DNA of 63,984 nucleotides, filler included, from an uncultured bacterium (GCA_964609495.1; 4 parts of 4 records of this genome joined end to end with filler, not necessarily neighbours in it), one strand, 5' to 3'; numbered from the whole stretch's first letter, positions 47,432-58,900 are shown. Notes: generated by a model not told the origin, from the sequence alone. Made by a program: numbers and translations.

Positions 47432-50086
47432 GTGAAAAGAATATCCTTTCGGACAATTCTAACCATTCTTTTTCTGCTAGCCTTAGCAGTCTCAGCAGAA
47501 GCCGCTACGATTAATGTGCCAACCCTTCCTATTTATCCTAATATTCAATCAGCGGTCATTTTTGCTAATAGCGGGGATATTATCAATATCACCCCCGGTG
47601 GTGGGACTGGTCCTAGTGGAGAATATGTTGAGAATGTAGTTGTGCTGAATAAGTCGCTGACCTTCCAATCGTCTAGCCCACCGACAAAAGTAGTTGTAGA
47701 TGGCTCCAACGGTTTCGGAGCTTCCTGCTTCAATCTCATTGCTGGTGATGGGGGCGACTATACCATAGTCTTCAAGGATATCGAGATCGATGGAGGAGGA
47801 GCAGTGGCTGATAGCGGTATCAAGGCTTACTCCGTCTTAGGAAATATATCGGTTGAGGTTTATAATTGTGATATTCACGATAACGTTGATGATGGGATAG
47901 AGTTGCTCAAAGACTCTACAGGAACAGGGAGTGTGTCGCTTAAGGTCTATAATTCCGATATTTACAACCACCTTGGAACTACAGACTTTCCTGGGGTTGG
48001 GATACTTTTGGTGGGAGCGAGTAGCGCTACTATCGATGGAAGCAATATCTACGATAACAAGCTGGGAATAGTCTGCGCTGGTGGAGAAAGTATATCGGTT
48101 AATAGCTCCAATATCTACAACAACTACTATGCGGGGATATTGGCGATATCGCTGGATTTGGCAGATATCGGAGGCCTCTTGAGCTATGCAGGAGGAGCCG
48201 CTTACGAGGCCGCCGAACCAGGGAGTATGTCGCTTGCGATCAATAACTGCAATATTTACGGCCACTATGGGGATTTCGGGACTAGTCGACCTGCGATCCC
48301 CATCCCTGGAGCGGGGATAGTTTTGGTGGGAGTGACCGATACTACCATTGATGGAAGCGACATCTATGGTAACGGCCTAGGGATAGTCTGTCTCGGTGGA
48401 TTCTCTCTTGACTCCTTAGATAGTACCATCACCAGCACCGCGATAGGAGGGGATATGTCGGTCAAGGTCTATAACTCCGGTATTCACGACAACGATCATT
48501 TGGGGATATTGGCGATATCGGTGGGTATTATAGATTTCGGGACTCTTGGACTCGATGTAAGAGAGGCGGCTTATGAGGATATCACTGCCCAGGCTATAGA
48601 ACCCGCGAATATGTCGATTGAGCTTTATAACTCCAAAATTTACAACCACTTCGGAGCCCTCTTTGGAGTTGGGACTGGGATGCTTTTTATAGCGGTGAAT
48701 GATGTTACTATTGATGGATGCGAAATCTACAATAACGCTATAGGAGTAGCCTGTCTTGGCGGACAAATCGATCTTGACTTCCTCTTCTCAGCTACAGCAG
48801 AATTTGATATGTCGCTTAAGGTCTCAAATTCCGATATTCACGATAACGCTTATTTGGGGGTATTGGCGATATCGTTAGGTATTATATACCTCGAGCTTCC
48901 TACGAGCAATTTAAGAGAAGTGGCTTATGAGGCTACTGATTCTATAATAACGGGGAATGTATCGGTTGAGATCTATAATTCCAATATCTACAACCACCAG
49001 GGGGGTGGCAAGGATGGCTACATTCCCCTTCCCATTAAGGGAGCCAAAGTTCCTATCCCTGCCGTGGGGATACTTTTCATAGGGACAGGTGATTATAATG
49101 TTAATATGAGCCAGATCTACAATAACGGCTTAGGAATGGTCTGTCTTGGTGGACAATTCTATTTTGGCGCCTTAAATATCACCAATACAGCACTATTAGA
49201 AGGGGATATGGCGATTACGGTCTCTAACTCCAATATCCACGATAACGCTTATCTGGGGATATTGGCGGTAGAGCTGTATGTTGGGATCGATATCACAGGC
49301 TCGGATTATGAGGCCACCGAACTTCTCCCAGGGAATATGTCGCTTGTGGTCTATAACTCCAATATTTACGATAACTATTGGGTTGGCAGAAAGGAGGACC
49401 TCCCCAAGATCCCTGGAGTTAAGATCCCCATCCCTAGAAGCGCTGGGATACTCTTAGTGGGAGTGAGTAATACCGTCATTGATGGAAGCAACATCTATGG
49501 TAACGGAGTAGGGATGATCTGTATTGGCGGAGTAGAATATTTTGATAACTCATATACCAGCGCCCAAGAATTGGTTATGTCAGTTACGGTTTCTAACTCT
49601 CAGATTCACGACAACAACTCCATCGGGATATTAGCGATATCGTTAGAGTTTCTCTTAGATACATTGGCTTACGACTCTACCGAATTTTTCATAGCAATAC
49701 CAGGGAACATATCGCTTGTAGTCAATAACTGCGATATCTACAACCACCTTCGGGATGATGGCAAGGGTGATGACCTTCCTATCTCTTGGCCCAAACTATC
49801 TGTCTTCCCTATACCTAGGAGGGCTGGGATGCTTTTGGCGGGAGTTAGGGATGTTGTCGTCGAGGGAAGCCGAATCTATAACAATGGGGTAGGAATAGGT
49901 GGAATCTTTATTGGCGAATTTATCACCACAGCTGATATTACCGCTACTGTAAACGGGGACGAAACAGGAGGAATATCGGTTGCGAATTCCGATATTTACA
50001 ACAACACTTATGTGGGGATAGGATTGATATTAGCGACCTTGGCTGAGATCAATAACTGCAATATCTATGGCCACCTTGGGAGCGAA
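47432..50086 (+). CDS. Large secreted right-handed parallel beta-helix repeat protein (3' truncated by the contig end)
   Basis: Signal peptide AEA-ATINVP; YPNIQSAV..A.SGD.I.I.PG..Y.ENV cap; repeated V.V.NS.I.DN / IDGSNIY.N..GI. Confidence 0.8.
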
Positions 50087-50186
50087 NNNNNNNNNNNNNN
50101 NNNNNNNNNNNNNNNNNNNNNNNNNNNNNNTTAATTAATTAANNNNNNNNNNNNNNNNNNNNNNNNNNNNNNNNNNNNNNNNNNNN
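50087..50186. other. Artificial contig-joining linker
   Basis: N44-TTAATTAATTAA-N44. Confidence 0.97.
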
Positions 50187-50271
50187 TTCCCTCTCCCCTC
50201 GTGGGAGAGGGCTAGGGTGAGGGGGGGATTTATATCTTGAATCCCCCAGCGAAAAACTAAGAATAACCAAT
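50187..50271 (+). repeat. BoxC/REPIN/MITE-like element, right half at the contig start
   Basis: CCCTCTCCCCTCGTGGGAGAGGGCTAGGGTGAGGGG...TATATCTTGAA...GCGAAAAACTAAGAATAACCAAT matches the reverse complement of 16597-16680. Confidence 0.85.
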
Positions 50272-50351
50272 CTTAGACAAGAGAGGATAGCGGATCCCCC
50301 TCTATATCCTTTAGCGCCCTCATTTTCATTCTACTTCTATCATAGTCAAAT

Positions 50352-51314
50352 TTACTCCTGTTTAGAAGTAATCCACATCTTAAATGGGCTTCCCAATCTA
50401 TCGATCACCTTATGACTCAGCTTCTCGATCTTGTCTATATCCTCCTGAGAGAGGGTCCAGTCAGCAGCTCCTATGTTCTCTTTCAACTGACTTATTCTCT
50501 TCGCTCCTACTATCGCCGAGGTTATTCCTTTCTGGCACAACAGCCAATTGACCGAGGTTTGCGCCGCGGTCTTATTATACTTAGTGGCTATCTTCTTGAT
50601 CTCCTCCACTACCTCTAGGCACTTCTGAAAAATTTCCCCTCGAAAGAGCCTATTTTTGGAGCGAATGTCATCCTCCGGCATAACAGTGTCCTTGGTGAAC
50701 TTCCCAGTAAGAAGCCCCTGAGCCATGGGGCTATAGACAATTACTCCGATATTATTCTCGATGCAGAAGGGAAGGGTATCCTCCTCTATAAACCTCCAGA
50801 AGATGTTATAAGGAGGTTGGAGAGATATTATCTCCGCATATTTAAGAGCTTCCTCTAATTGATCCTTCCAAAAGTTGGAGACCCCGATATATCTTATCTT
50901 TCCTTGTTCTAGGAGCTTAACCATAGCAGACATCGTCTCCTCCATTGGAACGAACTTAGTAGGCCAATGAACCTGATAGAGATCTACGTAATCCGTCTTT
51001 AAACGTTTCAAACTCCCCTCTAGTGCCTCTATAACTTGAGCCTCTCTAAGATGATCATGAGCTACCTTAGTAGCTAATACTACTTCGTCTCTATGTCCTT
51101 CTAAAGCTTTACCTACAACGGTCTCGGAATGACTATCAACCCCGTAAGCCTCAGCAGTATCGAAGAAGTTGATCCCCAGATCAAGAGCCTTATGGATCGT
51201 CTCGATCGATTCTTCATCCTTTACCTCTCCCCAATCTCTGCCTCCAAATGCCCAGCATCCCAATCCCACAGTAGATATCTCCAGATCAGAATTACCAAGT
51301 TTTCGATATTCCAT
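50352..51314 (-). CDS. Aldo/keto reductase
   Basis: GINFFDTAEAYG; ATK; SLKRLKTDYVDLYQVHWP; IGVSN; YSPMAQGLLTG. Confidence 0.94.
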   Translation of the reverse strand: MEYRKLGNSDLEISTVGLGCWAFGGRDWGEVKDEESIETIHKALDLGINFFDTAEAYGVDSHSETVVGKALEGHRDEVVLATKVAHDHLREAQVIEALEGSLKRLKTDYVDLYQVHWPTKFVPMEETMSAMVKLLEQGKIRYIGVSNFWKDQLEEALKYAEIISLQPPYNIFWRFIEEDTLPFCIENNIGVIVYSPMAQGLLTGKFTKDTVMPEDDIRSKNRLFRGEIFQKCLEVVEEIKKIATKYNKTAAQTSVNWLLCQKGITSAIVGAKRISQLKENIGAADWTLSQEDIDKIEKLSHKVIDRLGSPFKMWITSKQE

Positions 51315-51327
51315 CGGTTATCCTCCC

Positions 51328-53856
51328 TCAAAACTTAACCTTAAAAGTCTTTATCTCGAATGGTTTAAACTCGATCTCAAATTTATTTCCAGAGAAGTTG
51401 ATCTCCTCAACATCTTCCTCCAAGCCATTGCTCAACTGAAGGGCGGAGATATCCCATTTAAACTTAAACTCAGCCCCGGCTTTCTCTCCCGCGGTCTCAT
51501 AAGCTCTCAGCACGATCCCCTCTTCGTCCTTTAACTGAAACCCCTTTAAAGCTGATAGCATAACATTAGGGGGAGATATTTCGAGGAAGCTCATCTCGGA
51601 GGGAAGTGAGCCTTTATTCCCCTTCGCTACCCGAACTTGCAGAGGATTGTTGAATTCCATCCCCTCTCTATAGATCAAAGCCCCTCTCCAATCTCCGCGG
51701 TGAGGGATCAAGGCATATCTTAAAATATGCTTTACCCCTTTTTCGAAACCAGTATCAGTCTCAGTTCCCTCGATCTTCGTGCATTTCAAGAGCGATATCA
51801 TCATCACTCCCTCGGTAACGTTGTTGCCTGGTAACCCCCGATTGAGAAGAGCGACCCCGATCTCTCCATCAGTGTAATCAATCCAATTCTGAGCAGGGAA
51901 CTCCCCCTCCCTTCTCTCCACAACTCCAAAGGGAACTTCATAAAAGATCTTGGCGTTCTCCTTAAGAGCAGTAGGGAAGGCAGATCGATATCTCACCCAT
52001 TCTTCGTTATTCACTAAAGTTGTCTCGAACTCTACCCGCTTGACCTTGTTATAGATGTGGATATCATTGCGGCGATAGTTATTCTGGAATTGACTGTTGA
52101 TGGAGAAGGTCGCTCGCACTGCCCCGTGAGTGGTAGAGCCTTGCCCTAAGTAACGATTGGAGAAGATCGCCTCCCACTCCTCGGGCATCGGGAAAGGACG
52201 ATCGGTAGGAACTGAAGCTCCTCCCTTTAATCTACCATAATATTCCCACAAATCTCCTCGATCCTCCTCCTTGATTATCACATTCCCCAGAGGTTTGCTC
52301 TGATCGATAACCTCCCAATTTCCGTCCTTCAAGAGTAAGGAGATGATCTGACCGCCCCATCTATCTAAAGTCAATTTGTAGAATTCATTCTCCATAGTTC
52401 CAATATGAACCTCTTGTTCGATCGTGCTCGGAGGCATATCAAACGATGTTTTAACCGTAGTCTCCTCCTGCTTCGTTCGTTCAGTTTGGGGCAGGAAGCG
52501 ATATACTCGATACCCCAAGGATGGCAGGTCCTCAGCGATGAAGATTATTCTCACCTGCTTTAGCCCACCATTGGGATACCTTCTCTCCTCAACAATCTGA
52601 TAAGGAATCTCGTTGCCCTCAACATCAACAAGCTTAGCAGTGAACATATTAGGGTCTGATATGCTTATATTTACTTCGGCTACATCGGTTCTCTGCCAAG
52701 AGAGCTGATTGAATACCACTAGAGGAATTCCGTCTCCCTCGGTATCTATCGATTCCAAGAGGGAAGCTAAACCGCTCTCCAATCCTTCCTCTCCTTCAAG
52801 CTCGGCCAACCTTTGCTGGAAGAGCGCATCATCATAAGCTTTATCCACATGAGACCCACAGATTATATCGTGGAATTGATTGATCAGAGTATATTTCCAG
52901 GCGGAATCTAACTTCTGTTGTTCGATAGAAGCTCTATCCTTATCCTTGCTCTCCAAATAAGCGATGGTGGTCATTTTCTCCGCTGTCGTCAACAGATTCT
53001 CCAATTCTCTATTCTGATATTTGATCCTCAGGTGGGAGCTATAACACCCTTGAAAGACAGCGTTCATCTCCCCCCTATAGGTGATCAACTTCTCCTCCCT
53101 TATCGCCCTGAGGTAATCGGAGGGAACTGCGGCCAATAGCTGAACTTCGGGATGGGCGCGGTTAAACTCCTCCATCATCGGGAATAGATGAGGGGCAGGA
53201 TGAGAGAAATCATGACCGCTCAAAGCCATTATCTTCTCACAGCTCATATGAGGTTCGAGCATCTCAACTTGCTTCTCCATAAAAGCATCGAACTGAGGCT
53301 GATTAGTAGGAATCGGATAGATCATAACATAATGGTAAGGCATCCAATGGCAGAGCAACTTGGTGCCATCTAATCCTTCCCACCAAAAGTCAGCCTTACT
53401 CCCCTTCTCCATAACCCTCCCAAATACATAGTAATCGAATCCACCTTGCTTCATAATCTGGGGTATCTGAGGAGTATGACCGAAAACATCGACCATCCAG
53501 CCGATATTCGTCTTGATCCCAAATTCTCGCTCGTAGAATCTCTGCCCCATTAGGATCTGACGAAAGAGCGATTCTCCGCTGGGGATATTGACATCGGGCA
53601 TTATATACATCCCACCAACTAGCTCGATACGACCACTCTTCACCATCTCCTTGAGGAAAGCCTCCTGTTCAGGATATCGCTTAATAAAGGTATCAAGGAG
53701 AAAGGCACATTCGAGGCAAAAGATGCTCCTTTCCTCCGATTTCAACATATCGAGAACTTCGATTATGAGATCACAAGTTATGTCTAAGTATCCCTCTATC
53801 GATTTCATAAAAGCGACATCATAGTGAAAATGAGGAACTATGTAGATCTTCTTCAT
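51328..53856 (-). CDS. Glycoside hydrolase family 38 (alpha-mannosidase-like)
   Basis: PHFHYD; ELVGG..MPDVNIPSGES; DVFGH nucleophile motif; NQFHDIICGS; PFEIKTF. Confidence 0.9.
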   Translation of the reverse strand: MKKIYIVPHFHYDVAFMKSIEGYLDITCDLIIEVLDMLKSEERSIFCLECAFLLDTFIKRYPEQEAFLKEMVKSGRIELVGGMYIMPDVNIPSGESLFRQILMGQRFYEREFGIKTNIGWMVDVFGHTPQIPQIMKQGGFDYYVFGRVMEKGSKADFWWEGLDGTKLLCHWMPYHYVMIYPIPTNQPQFDAFMEKQVEMLEPHMSCEKIMALSGHDFSHPAPHLFPMMEEFNRAHPEVQLLAAVPSDYLRAIREEKLITYRGEMNAVFQGCYSSHLRIKYQNRELENLLTTAEKMTTIAYLESKDKDRASIEQQKLDSAWKYTLINQFHDIICGSHVDKAYDDALFQQRLAELEGEEGLESGLASLLESIDTEGDGIPLVVFNQLSWQRTDVAEVNISISDPNMFTAKLVDVEGNEIPYQIVEERRYPNGGLKQVRIIFIAEDLPSLGYRVYRFLPQTERTKQEETTVKTSFDMPPSTIEQEVHIGTMENEFYKLTLDRWGGQIISLLLKDGNWEVIDQSKPLGNVIIKEEDRGDLWEYYGRLKGGASVPTDRPFPMPEEWEAIFSNRYLGQGSTTHGAVRATFSINSQFQNNYRRNDIHIYNKVKRVEFETTLVNNEEWVRYRSAFPTALKENAKIFYEVPFGVVERREGEFPAQNWIDYTDGEIGVALLNRGLPGNNVTEGVMMISLLKCTKIEGTETDTGFEKGVKHILRYALIPHRGDWRGALIYREGMEFNNPLQVRVAKGNKGSLPSEMSFLEISPPNVMLSALKGFQLKDEEGIVLRAYETAGEKAGAEFKFKWDISALQLSNGLEEDVEEINFSGNKFEIEFKPFEIKTFKVKF

Positions 53857-53871
53857 CCTTATTTAGACCTC

Positions 53872-54699
53872 CTAGGTTTGATTGATTCCCGGATACCAGA
53901 ACTTCTTATCTCCTTTCTCCTTATCTCTAGCGATTACGAGCTTCATCGCCTCGATTCCGATCTCGATGCAAATATCCATACCCTTCGTAGGATCGTAGGT
54001 CATATCTGTGGGATGCCAAGGCGATACATCTGATACTGTGCAGATCATCCCCGCCCTTAGCTTGAAGAGATTAGCCATAGTGAAGAGCGTTCCCGCTTCC
54101 ATCTCTACGTTCAAAGCCCCCATTCGTTTAGCATTTATAAGACGCTGGGGGGCTTCCTCGAGCATATAGCTATTATGGGACATAGAGACCAGCTTTCCCT
54201 CTTTAAGGATCTTACCCTCCGAATAAAAGCCATCAACTGAATAAGTTATCCCCACCTCGAAATCGCTCCCTTTTCTCGAGGCGGCTTCGATCAAAGCCAA
54301 GACGATCTCGTGATGAGCAAGCGCGGGAAACTCAGGCCAGGCATAGCTTCTGCTGGTGCCATCGACCCTTATCGCTCCCGTAGATATCACAAGATCTCCC
54401 TTCTCTATTCCCTCTCCAATCCCCCCGCTCGTTCCAATCCTTATGAAAGTGTGAGCTCCGATATTCGTTATCTCCTCAAGCAATACTGCGGTGGAGGGAC
54501 CTCCTGCTCCAGTGGAAGCCACACTTACTCGAGTATTTTCTAGTTCACCGGAGGATATAGTATATTCCCTCAATTGCAACACTTTATGAGGGTTGTCGAG
54601 AGCAGAAGCTATCCTAGGCACCCTCTCTGGCTCGCCACAAAGGAAGAAATACTCAGCTACATCTCCATAATCCAGCCCAGTTATGATTTGTTTTGCCAT
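53872..54699 (-). CDS. Nucleoside phosphorylase (uridine phosphorylase / PNP_UDP_1 family)
   Basis: GEPERV; REY; STGAGGPS; IRIGTSG; NVEME. Confidence 0.85.
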   Translation of the reverse strand: MAKQIITGLDYGDVAEYFFLCGEPERVPRIASALDNPHKVLQLREYTISSGELENTRVSVASTGAGGPSTAVLLEEITNIGAHTFIRIGTSGGIGEGIEKGDLVISTGAIRVDGTSRSYAWPEFPALAHHEIVLALIEAASRKGSDFEVGITYSVDGFYSEGKILKEGKLVSMSHNSYMLEEAPQRLINAKRMGALNVEMEAGTLFTMANLFKLRAGMICTVSDVSPWHPTDMTYDPTKGMDICIEIGIEAMKLVIARDKEKGDKKFWYPGINQT

Positions 54700-54806
54700 A
54701 TCATCCCTCAAATTTTCTTCTTAAATGCTCTTGTCCGATCTAAGTATATCACAAGTTAGGATAAAATCCAAGTCCTTTTTACAGGATTATAGAGGGTCAG
54801 TAAAAC

Positions 54807-54835
54807 TTGACATTTAAACTCGTTTTTCCTATAAT
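54807..54835 (+). promoter_or_regulatory. Consensus sigma70 promoter for queH
   Basis: TTGACA-17-TATAAT. Confidence 0.8.
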
Positions 54836-54870
54836 ACCATTAGAAGCTGAGAATAGGAGGTTATCGAACC

Positions 54871-55446
54871 TTGAGCGATAGGAAGAAACTTCTTCTGCAT
54901 ATCTGTTGTGCCCCTGATGCGACCTATGTTATATCTGCTCTCAGAGATTATAATCTCACCGGTTATTTCTATAATCCCAATATTTATCCCGAGGAGGAGT
55001 ATATCCTTCGCCTTCGGGAGATGGAAGGTCTTGCCGAGAAATTGGGAATATCTCTCCATCCTAGTAGCTATGATCCCGAACGATGGTTCGAGTTAACCAA
55101 GGGTTTAGAATATGAACCAGAGAGGGGAAGGAGATGCGAAATTTGTTTCAGGATGAGGTTAGAGAGCACCGCAAGGTTAGCTGAGGAAGAGGGATTCGAT
55201 ATCTTCACCACCACCTTGACCATAAGTCCACATAAGGATGCCGAGTTGATAAATAAGATCGGGAGGGAAATAGCGGCAAATCTTAGGGTTGAATTTATGG
55301 AGGCGGATTTTAAGAAGAAGGATGGATTTAAGAAGAGCGTCGAGTTGAGCAAGAAGTATGGACTTTATCGTCAGGATTATTGTGGTTGTATCTATAGTAA
55401 AAGAGATAGGGAGAAAGCTAAAAGAGGACATCTTAAAATCAAGTAA
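54871..55446 (+). CDS. queH: Epoxyqueuosine reductase QueH (DUF208)
   Basis: LLLHICCAPD; FYNPNI; RCEICFRMRL; SPHKD; YRQDYCGCIYS. Confidence 0.93.
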   Translation: MSDRKKLLLHICCAPDATYVISALRDYNLTGYFYNPNIYPEEEYILRLREMEGLAEKLGISLHPSSYDPERWFELTKGLEYEPERGRRCEICFRMRLESTARLAEEEGFDIFTTTLTISPHKDAELINKIGREIAANLRVEFMEADFKKKDGFKKSVELSKKYGLYRQDYCGCIYSKRDREKAKRGHLKIK

Positions 55447-55494
55447 TAGGAGTGCGAATCTAGGTAGGAAATGAGGAAAAAGGAATAAAGCTAG

Positions 55495-55654
55495 TTTTCC
55501 CCTCCCCCTATCCCTCTCCCACGAGGGGAGAGGGAACATCGAGATAAGCTGGCTCTCTTTAAGTTTCCCTTCCTTTGAGGGGAGGATGATTTAGGTAATC
55601 CTCCTTGAAACCTTCCTAGAACTACTTAATCTATCCCCAGCACGGAGTTTACAT
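55495..55654 (-). repeat. BoxC/REPIN/MITE-like element (one hairpin decayed)
   Basis: CCCTCTCCC-ACGAG-GGGAGAGGG; spacer matches 46081-46110; TTAAGTAGTT and the 25-bp extension shared with 17409-17445. Confidence 0.85.
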
Positions 55655-55766
55655 GCTTCCGGTGAGCAAGAGGCTACATAAGAGTAATTTTTGACAGAGC
55701 CAGGGACAATCGGGGAGGAAAGCACTTTCCCCCAATGATCTCACCTTCTCAGCGCATTCCTCTTGA

Positions 55767-57005
55767 TTATATCAGAAGCGAAATCACCCCCTCAACTGCT
55801 TTTCCAGCTTGAGCGATGGTCTCCGCGATATCACGCGGCCCTTGACAAGCGCCTGCTAAGAATATCCCTTCTACATCAGTTTTAGTAACCCCTAAGTGAT
55901 CCGATGCTTCATAAAAGCCATCCTCTCCAATTTTGAGTCCTAAGATATCGACTAGCTTTTCGGAATCTTCTCTAGGAGTCATTCCTATAGATAGGACTAC
56001 AAGATCGTAATTCTCCTTGATTAAATTACCGGTAACCGTATCCTCGTATCGAACCTCGAGTTCTCCAGAGTCCAATTCTCTTATCTCTCCTGGAATACCC
56101 CTCACAAAATTTACCTCGCTTTTACATTCCTCATAGAATTTATTGAATAGCTTACTAGCAGGTTGAATATCCATATAGAAGATAGTGATCTCCGCCTCCG
56201 GAGATTGATATTTAATGAGCTTTGACATCCTCATCGCGTAGATGCAACACAATCTTGAGCAATAGACATTACCGATATGTTCATCCCTAGAACCTACACA
56301 TTGAATAAAAGCGACTCTCCTAGGAAGCTCTCCGGTGGAAGGAATTATTATACCTCCCTGATAATAGATTGATTTTTCTGCATCTAAACCAGTTATAACA
56401 TTGGCATAGCGACCATATCCAAATTGTCCTTTCCTCTCCGCTTTGAAAGGATCGAAGCCAGTAGCTACGATTATCGCTCCGGCTTCCAGCGATAATTCCT
56501 CAGCCCCTTGAGAGAAGTCGATTGCCTCCTCGGGACAGGCAGAAGCGCATATCGCACAATCTTCCCCTTTGAAGCGAAGGCATTTATCCCTATCTATCGC
56601 GTATACTCTAGGAAGTGCTAAGGGATGAGGAAGATGAATAGCATCCACTGGACAAGCTAGCTCACAGACCCCGCAGGCATTACATCTTTCCTCTAAAACA
56701 AATCTAGGGCTTTTCCTTACCTCGATCTTGAAATCTCCAGCTTGTCCACTTAACTTTACAACTTCCGAATCGGTTAGGATCTTGATCTCCCTCTTATTCC
56801 CTATATCCACCAACTTCTTATTAACAAGACAAACTGAACAACGATTGCACTTATCAGTAGCTTTACATCCAAAGAAGGCAGAATGTCCTCCGATAGTTGG
56901 TTCTCTTTCGATGATATTCACTTCAAAACCATTCTCGGCAAGATGTAGGGCGGAGGATATTCCCGCTATACCACCACCAATTATTAATACGCCTTTATCG
57001 GTCAA
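55767..57005 (-). CDS. hdrA: Heterodisulfide reductase subunit A-like flavoprotein (short form)
   Basis: IIGGGIAG; two CxxCxxxCP ferredoxin motifs; FIQCVGSRD...YCSRLCC; GIFLAGACQGPRDI. Confidence 0.88.
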   Translation of the reverse strand: MTDKGVLIIGGGIAGISSALHLAENGFEVNIIEREPTIGGHSAFFGCKATDKCNRCSVCLVNKKLVDIGNKREIKILTDSEVVKLSGQAGDFKIEVRKSPRFVLEERCNACGVCELACPVDAIHLPHPLALPRVYAIDRDKCLRFKGEDCAICASACPEEAIDFSQGAEELSLEAGAIIVATGFDPFKAERKGQFGYGRYANVITGLDAEKSIYYQGGIIIPSTGELPRRVAFIQCVGSRDEHIGNVYCSRLCCIYAMRMSKLIKYQSPEAEITIFYMDIQPASKLFNKFYEECKSEVNFVRGIPGEIRELDSGELEVRYEDTVTGNLIKENYDLVVLSIGMTPREDSEKLVDILGLKIGEDGFYEASDHLGVTKTDVEGIFLAGACQGPRDIAETIAQAGKAVEGVISLLI

Positions 57006-57106
57006 AGTAAATCCCCCTAATAGATATCCTCATTTCATTGTTTCTCATTATATCATATATATCTTAGCCTTGTCAACAAGTTAGGCAAAAAGCTAACTCA
57101 TAAACA

Positions 57107-57135
57107 AAGAGAGCGGAATTACCGCTCTCTTACCG
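57107..57135 (-). terminator. Intrinsic terminator downstream of fhs
   Basis: AAGAGAGCGG/CCGCTCTCTT 10-bp stem followed by TGTTT on the minus strand. Confidence 0.65.
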
Positions 57136-57156
57136 ACTTTACAGCTTATCTAAGCT

Positions 57157-58851
57157 TTAGAATAATCCTACCGTGCGACCATCCTCATCGATATCGACCT
57201 TGGTTCCCGCGGGAACTGTGGGTAGTCCGGGCATCGTTCTCATCTCGCCCAGAAGTGGGTAGAGGAAACCTGCTCCCACTGAAGCTCGGACATCGCGGAT
57301 CGGGATTCGGTAGCCACGAGGCCTGCCTTTAATTTTCGGATCGTGGCTTAGCGAGAGATGAGTCTTAGCCATACATATCGGTAGCTTATCGAAACCAAGC
57401 TTGGTGTAGAGCCTGATCTTCCTATTAGCTAAGGTTTCATAATCGACTCCATCAGCCCCGTAGATCTTGGTAGCGATGATCTCGATCTTCTCCTTGATCG
57501 GGATATCTAGGGGATAGAGGAACTTGAACTCGCTGGGCTTCTCCGCCGCTTTTACCACTGCTTCAGCTAGCTCCTCTCCTCCAGCGCCACCTTTCGCCCA
57601 GACTTCGCTTGGGACTGCATCTTCTGCTCCAGCCTCGATCGCTATCCTTCGGAGCAAATCTACCTCTCTATCAGTATCAGTTGTGAACCTATTGATCGCT
57701 ATTACCACGGGAACCCCGAAGTAAAGTATATTCTCGATCTGCTTGATTAAGTTCTCAGCTCCCTTCTCCAATCCCTCCAGATTCTCCTTAGTCAGTTCCG
57801 GGGGAAGAGGCTTACCAGCCACGACCTTGCCTACTCCCCCATGCATCTTAAGAGCTCTAATCGAGCATACCATCACGACTGCATCAGGAATCAAGCCACT
57901 ATAACGACATTTTATGTTCATAAATTTCTCTGCTCCGCAGTCAGCTCCAAAGCCACTCTCCGTCACTACATATTCCCCTAACTTAGAGGCGACCAAGTCG
58001 GCTAAGATAGAGCTATTACCATGGGCGATGTTGGCGAATGGACCAGCATGAACGAAACAGGGAGTATTCTCCAAAGTCTGAAGGAGGTTAGGCTTTATCG
58101 CATCCTTCATAAGAACCGCCATAGCTCCAGCGCACTTAAGATCTTCAGCGGTTACAGCATCTCCATTACGATTAGTTCCAATGACGATCCTTCCCAATCT
58201 CTCGCGCAGATCGAAGATATCTGTGGTAAGAGCGAGAATAGCCATAACCTCAGAAGCAACAGTGATATCAAATCCTGTCTCCCGGGGATAGCCATTCTGC
58301 CTTCCTCCCAATCCAATTATAATATGGCGAAGAGCTCGGTCACTAACATCGACCACTCGAGGCCAAGTTATGCTTAAAGGCTCGATATTTAATTTGTTAC
58401 CTTTAAGAATATGGGTGTCGATAAAGGCGGCTAAGAGGTTATGAGCAACTCCTACCGCGTGAGTATCTCCCGTCAAGTGCAGGTTAAAATCCTCCATAGG
58501 AACTACCTGAGAATAACCTCCCCCTGCGGCTCCCCCTTTGATTCCGAAGACCGGACCAAGCGATGGTTGACGGATACAAGTTACGGTCTCCCTACCTATC
58601 CTGTTCATAGCCATGGATAGCCCGATGGTAGTAACGGTCTTCCCTTCGCCTAACGGAGTAGGGGTGATCGCAGTTACATCGATATATTTAGCGTTAGGTC
58701 TGTCCTTCAATCTCTCCAGCACACTTAGAGAGACCTTCGCTTTATATTTGCCATAAAGTTCCATCTCGTCCTCGAGCAGTCCAAGCTCTTGGGCGATCTC
58801 GGCGATCGGCCTCATTTTAGCTGCCTGGGCAATTTCTAGATCACTCAGCAT
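57157..58851 (-). CDS. fhs: Formate--tetrahydrofolate ligase
   Basis: [46 protein letters not shown]. Confidence 0.97.
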   Translation of the reverse strand: MLSDLEIAQAAKMRPIAEIAQELGLLEDEMELYGKYKAKVSLSVLERLKDRPNAKYIDVTAITPTPLGEGKTVTTIGLSMAMNRIGRETVTCIRQPSLGPVFGIKGGAAGGGYSQVVPMEDFNLHLTGDTHAVGVAHNLLAAFIDTHILKGNKLNIEPLSITWPRVVDVSDRALRHIIIGLGGRQNGYPRETGFDITVASEVMAILALTTDIFDLRERLGRIVIGTNRNGDAVTAEDLKCAGAMAVLMKDAIKPNLLQTLENTPCFVHAGPFANIAHGNSSILADLVASKLGEYVVTESGFGADCGAEKFMNIKCRYSGLIPDAVVMVCSIRALKMHGGVGKVVAGKPLPPELTKENLEGLEKGAENLIKQIENILYFGVPVVIAINRFTTDTDREVDLLRRIAIEAGAEDAVPSEVWAKGGAGGEELAEAVVKAAEKPSEFKFLYPLDIPIKEKIEIIATKIYGADGVDYETLANRKIRLYTKLGFDKLPICMAKTHLSLSHDPKIKGRPRGYRIPIRDVRASVGAGFLYPLLGEMRTMPGLPTVPAGTKVDIDEDGRTVGLF

Positions 58852-58900
58852 TCCTATGATCACTCCTTTTCTATCTAACTGAGATGTGAATTAAAATTTA

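Noticed and set aside
47432-50086. DNA repeats in the beta-helix gene as DGR template/variable repeats
   Set aside because: Repeats are in-frame and coding, differences are not visibly adenine-specific, and no reverse transcriptase is present in the window.
16578-55654. Repeats as a CRISPR array
   Set aside because: Copies are dispersed, not tandem; spacers recur between copies; no cas genes.
55655-55766. Hairpin downstream of hdrA as a SECIS element or riboswitch
   Set aside because: hdrA has no in-frame TGA and no aptamer consensus is recognisable; more simply a terminator-like stem between convergent genes.
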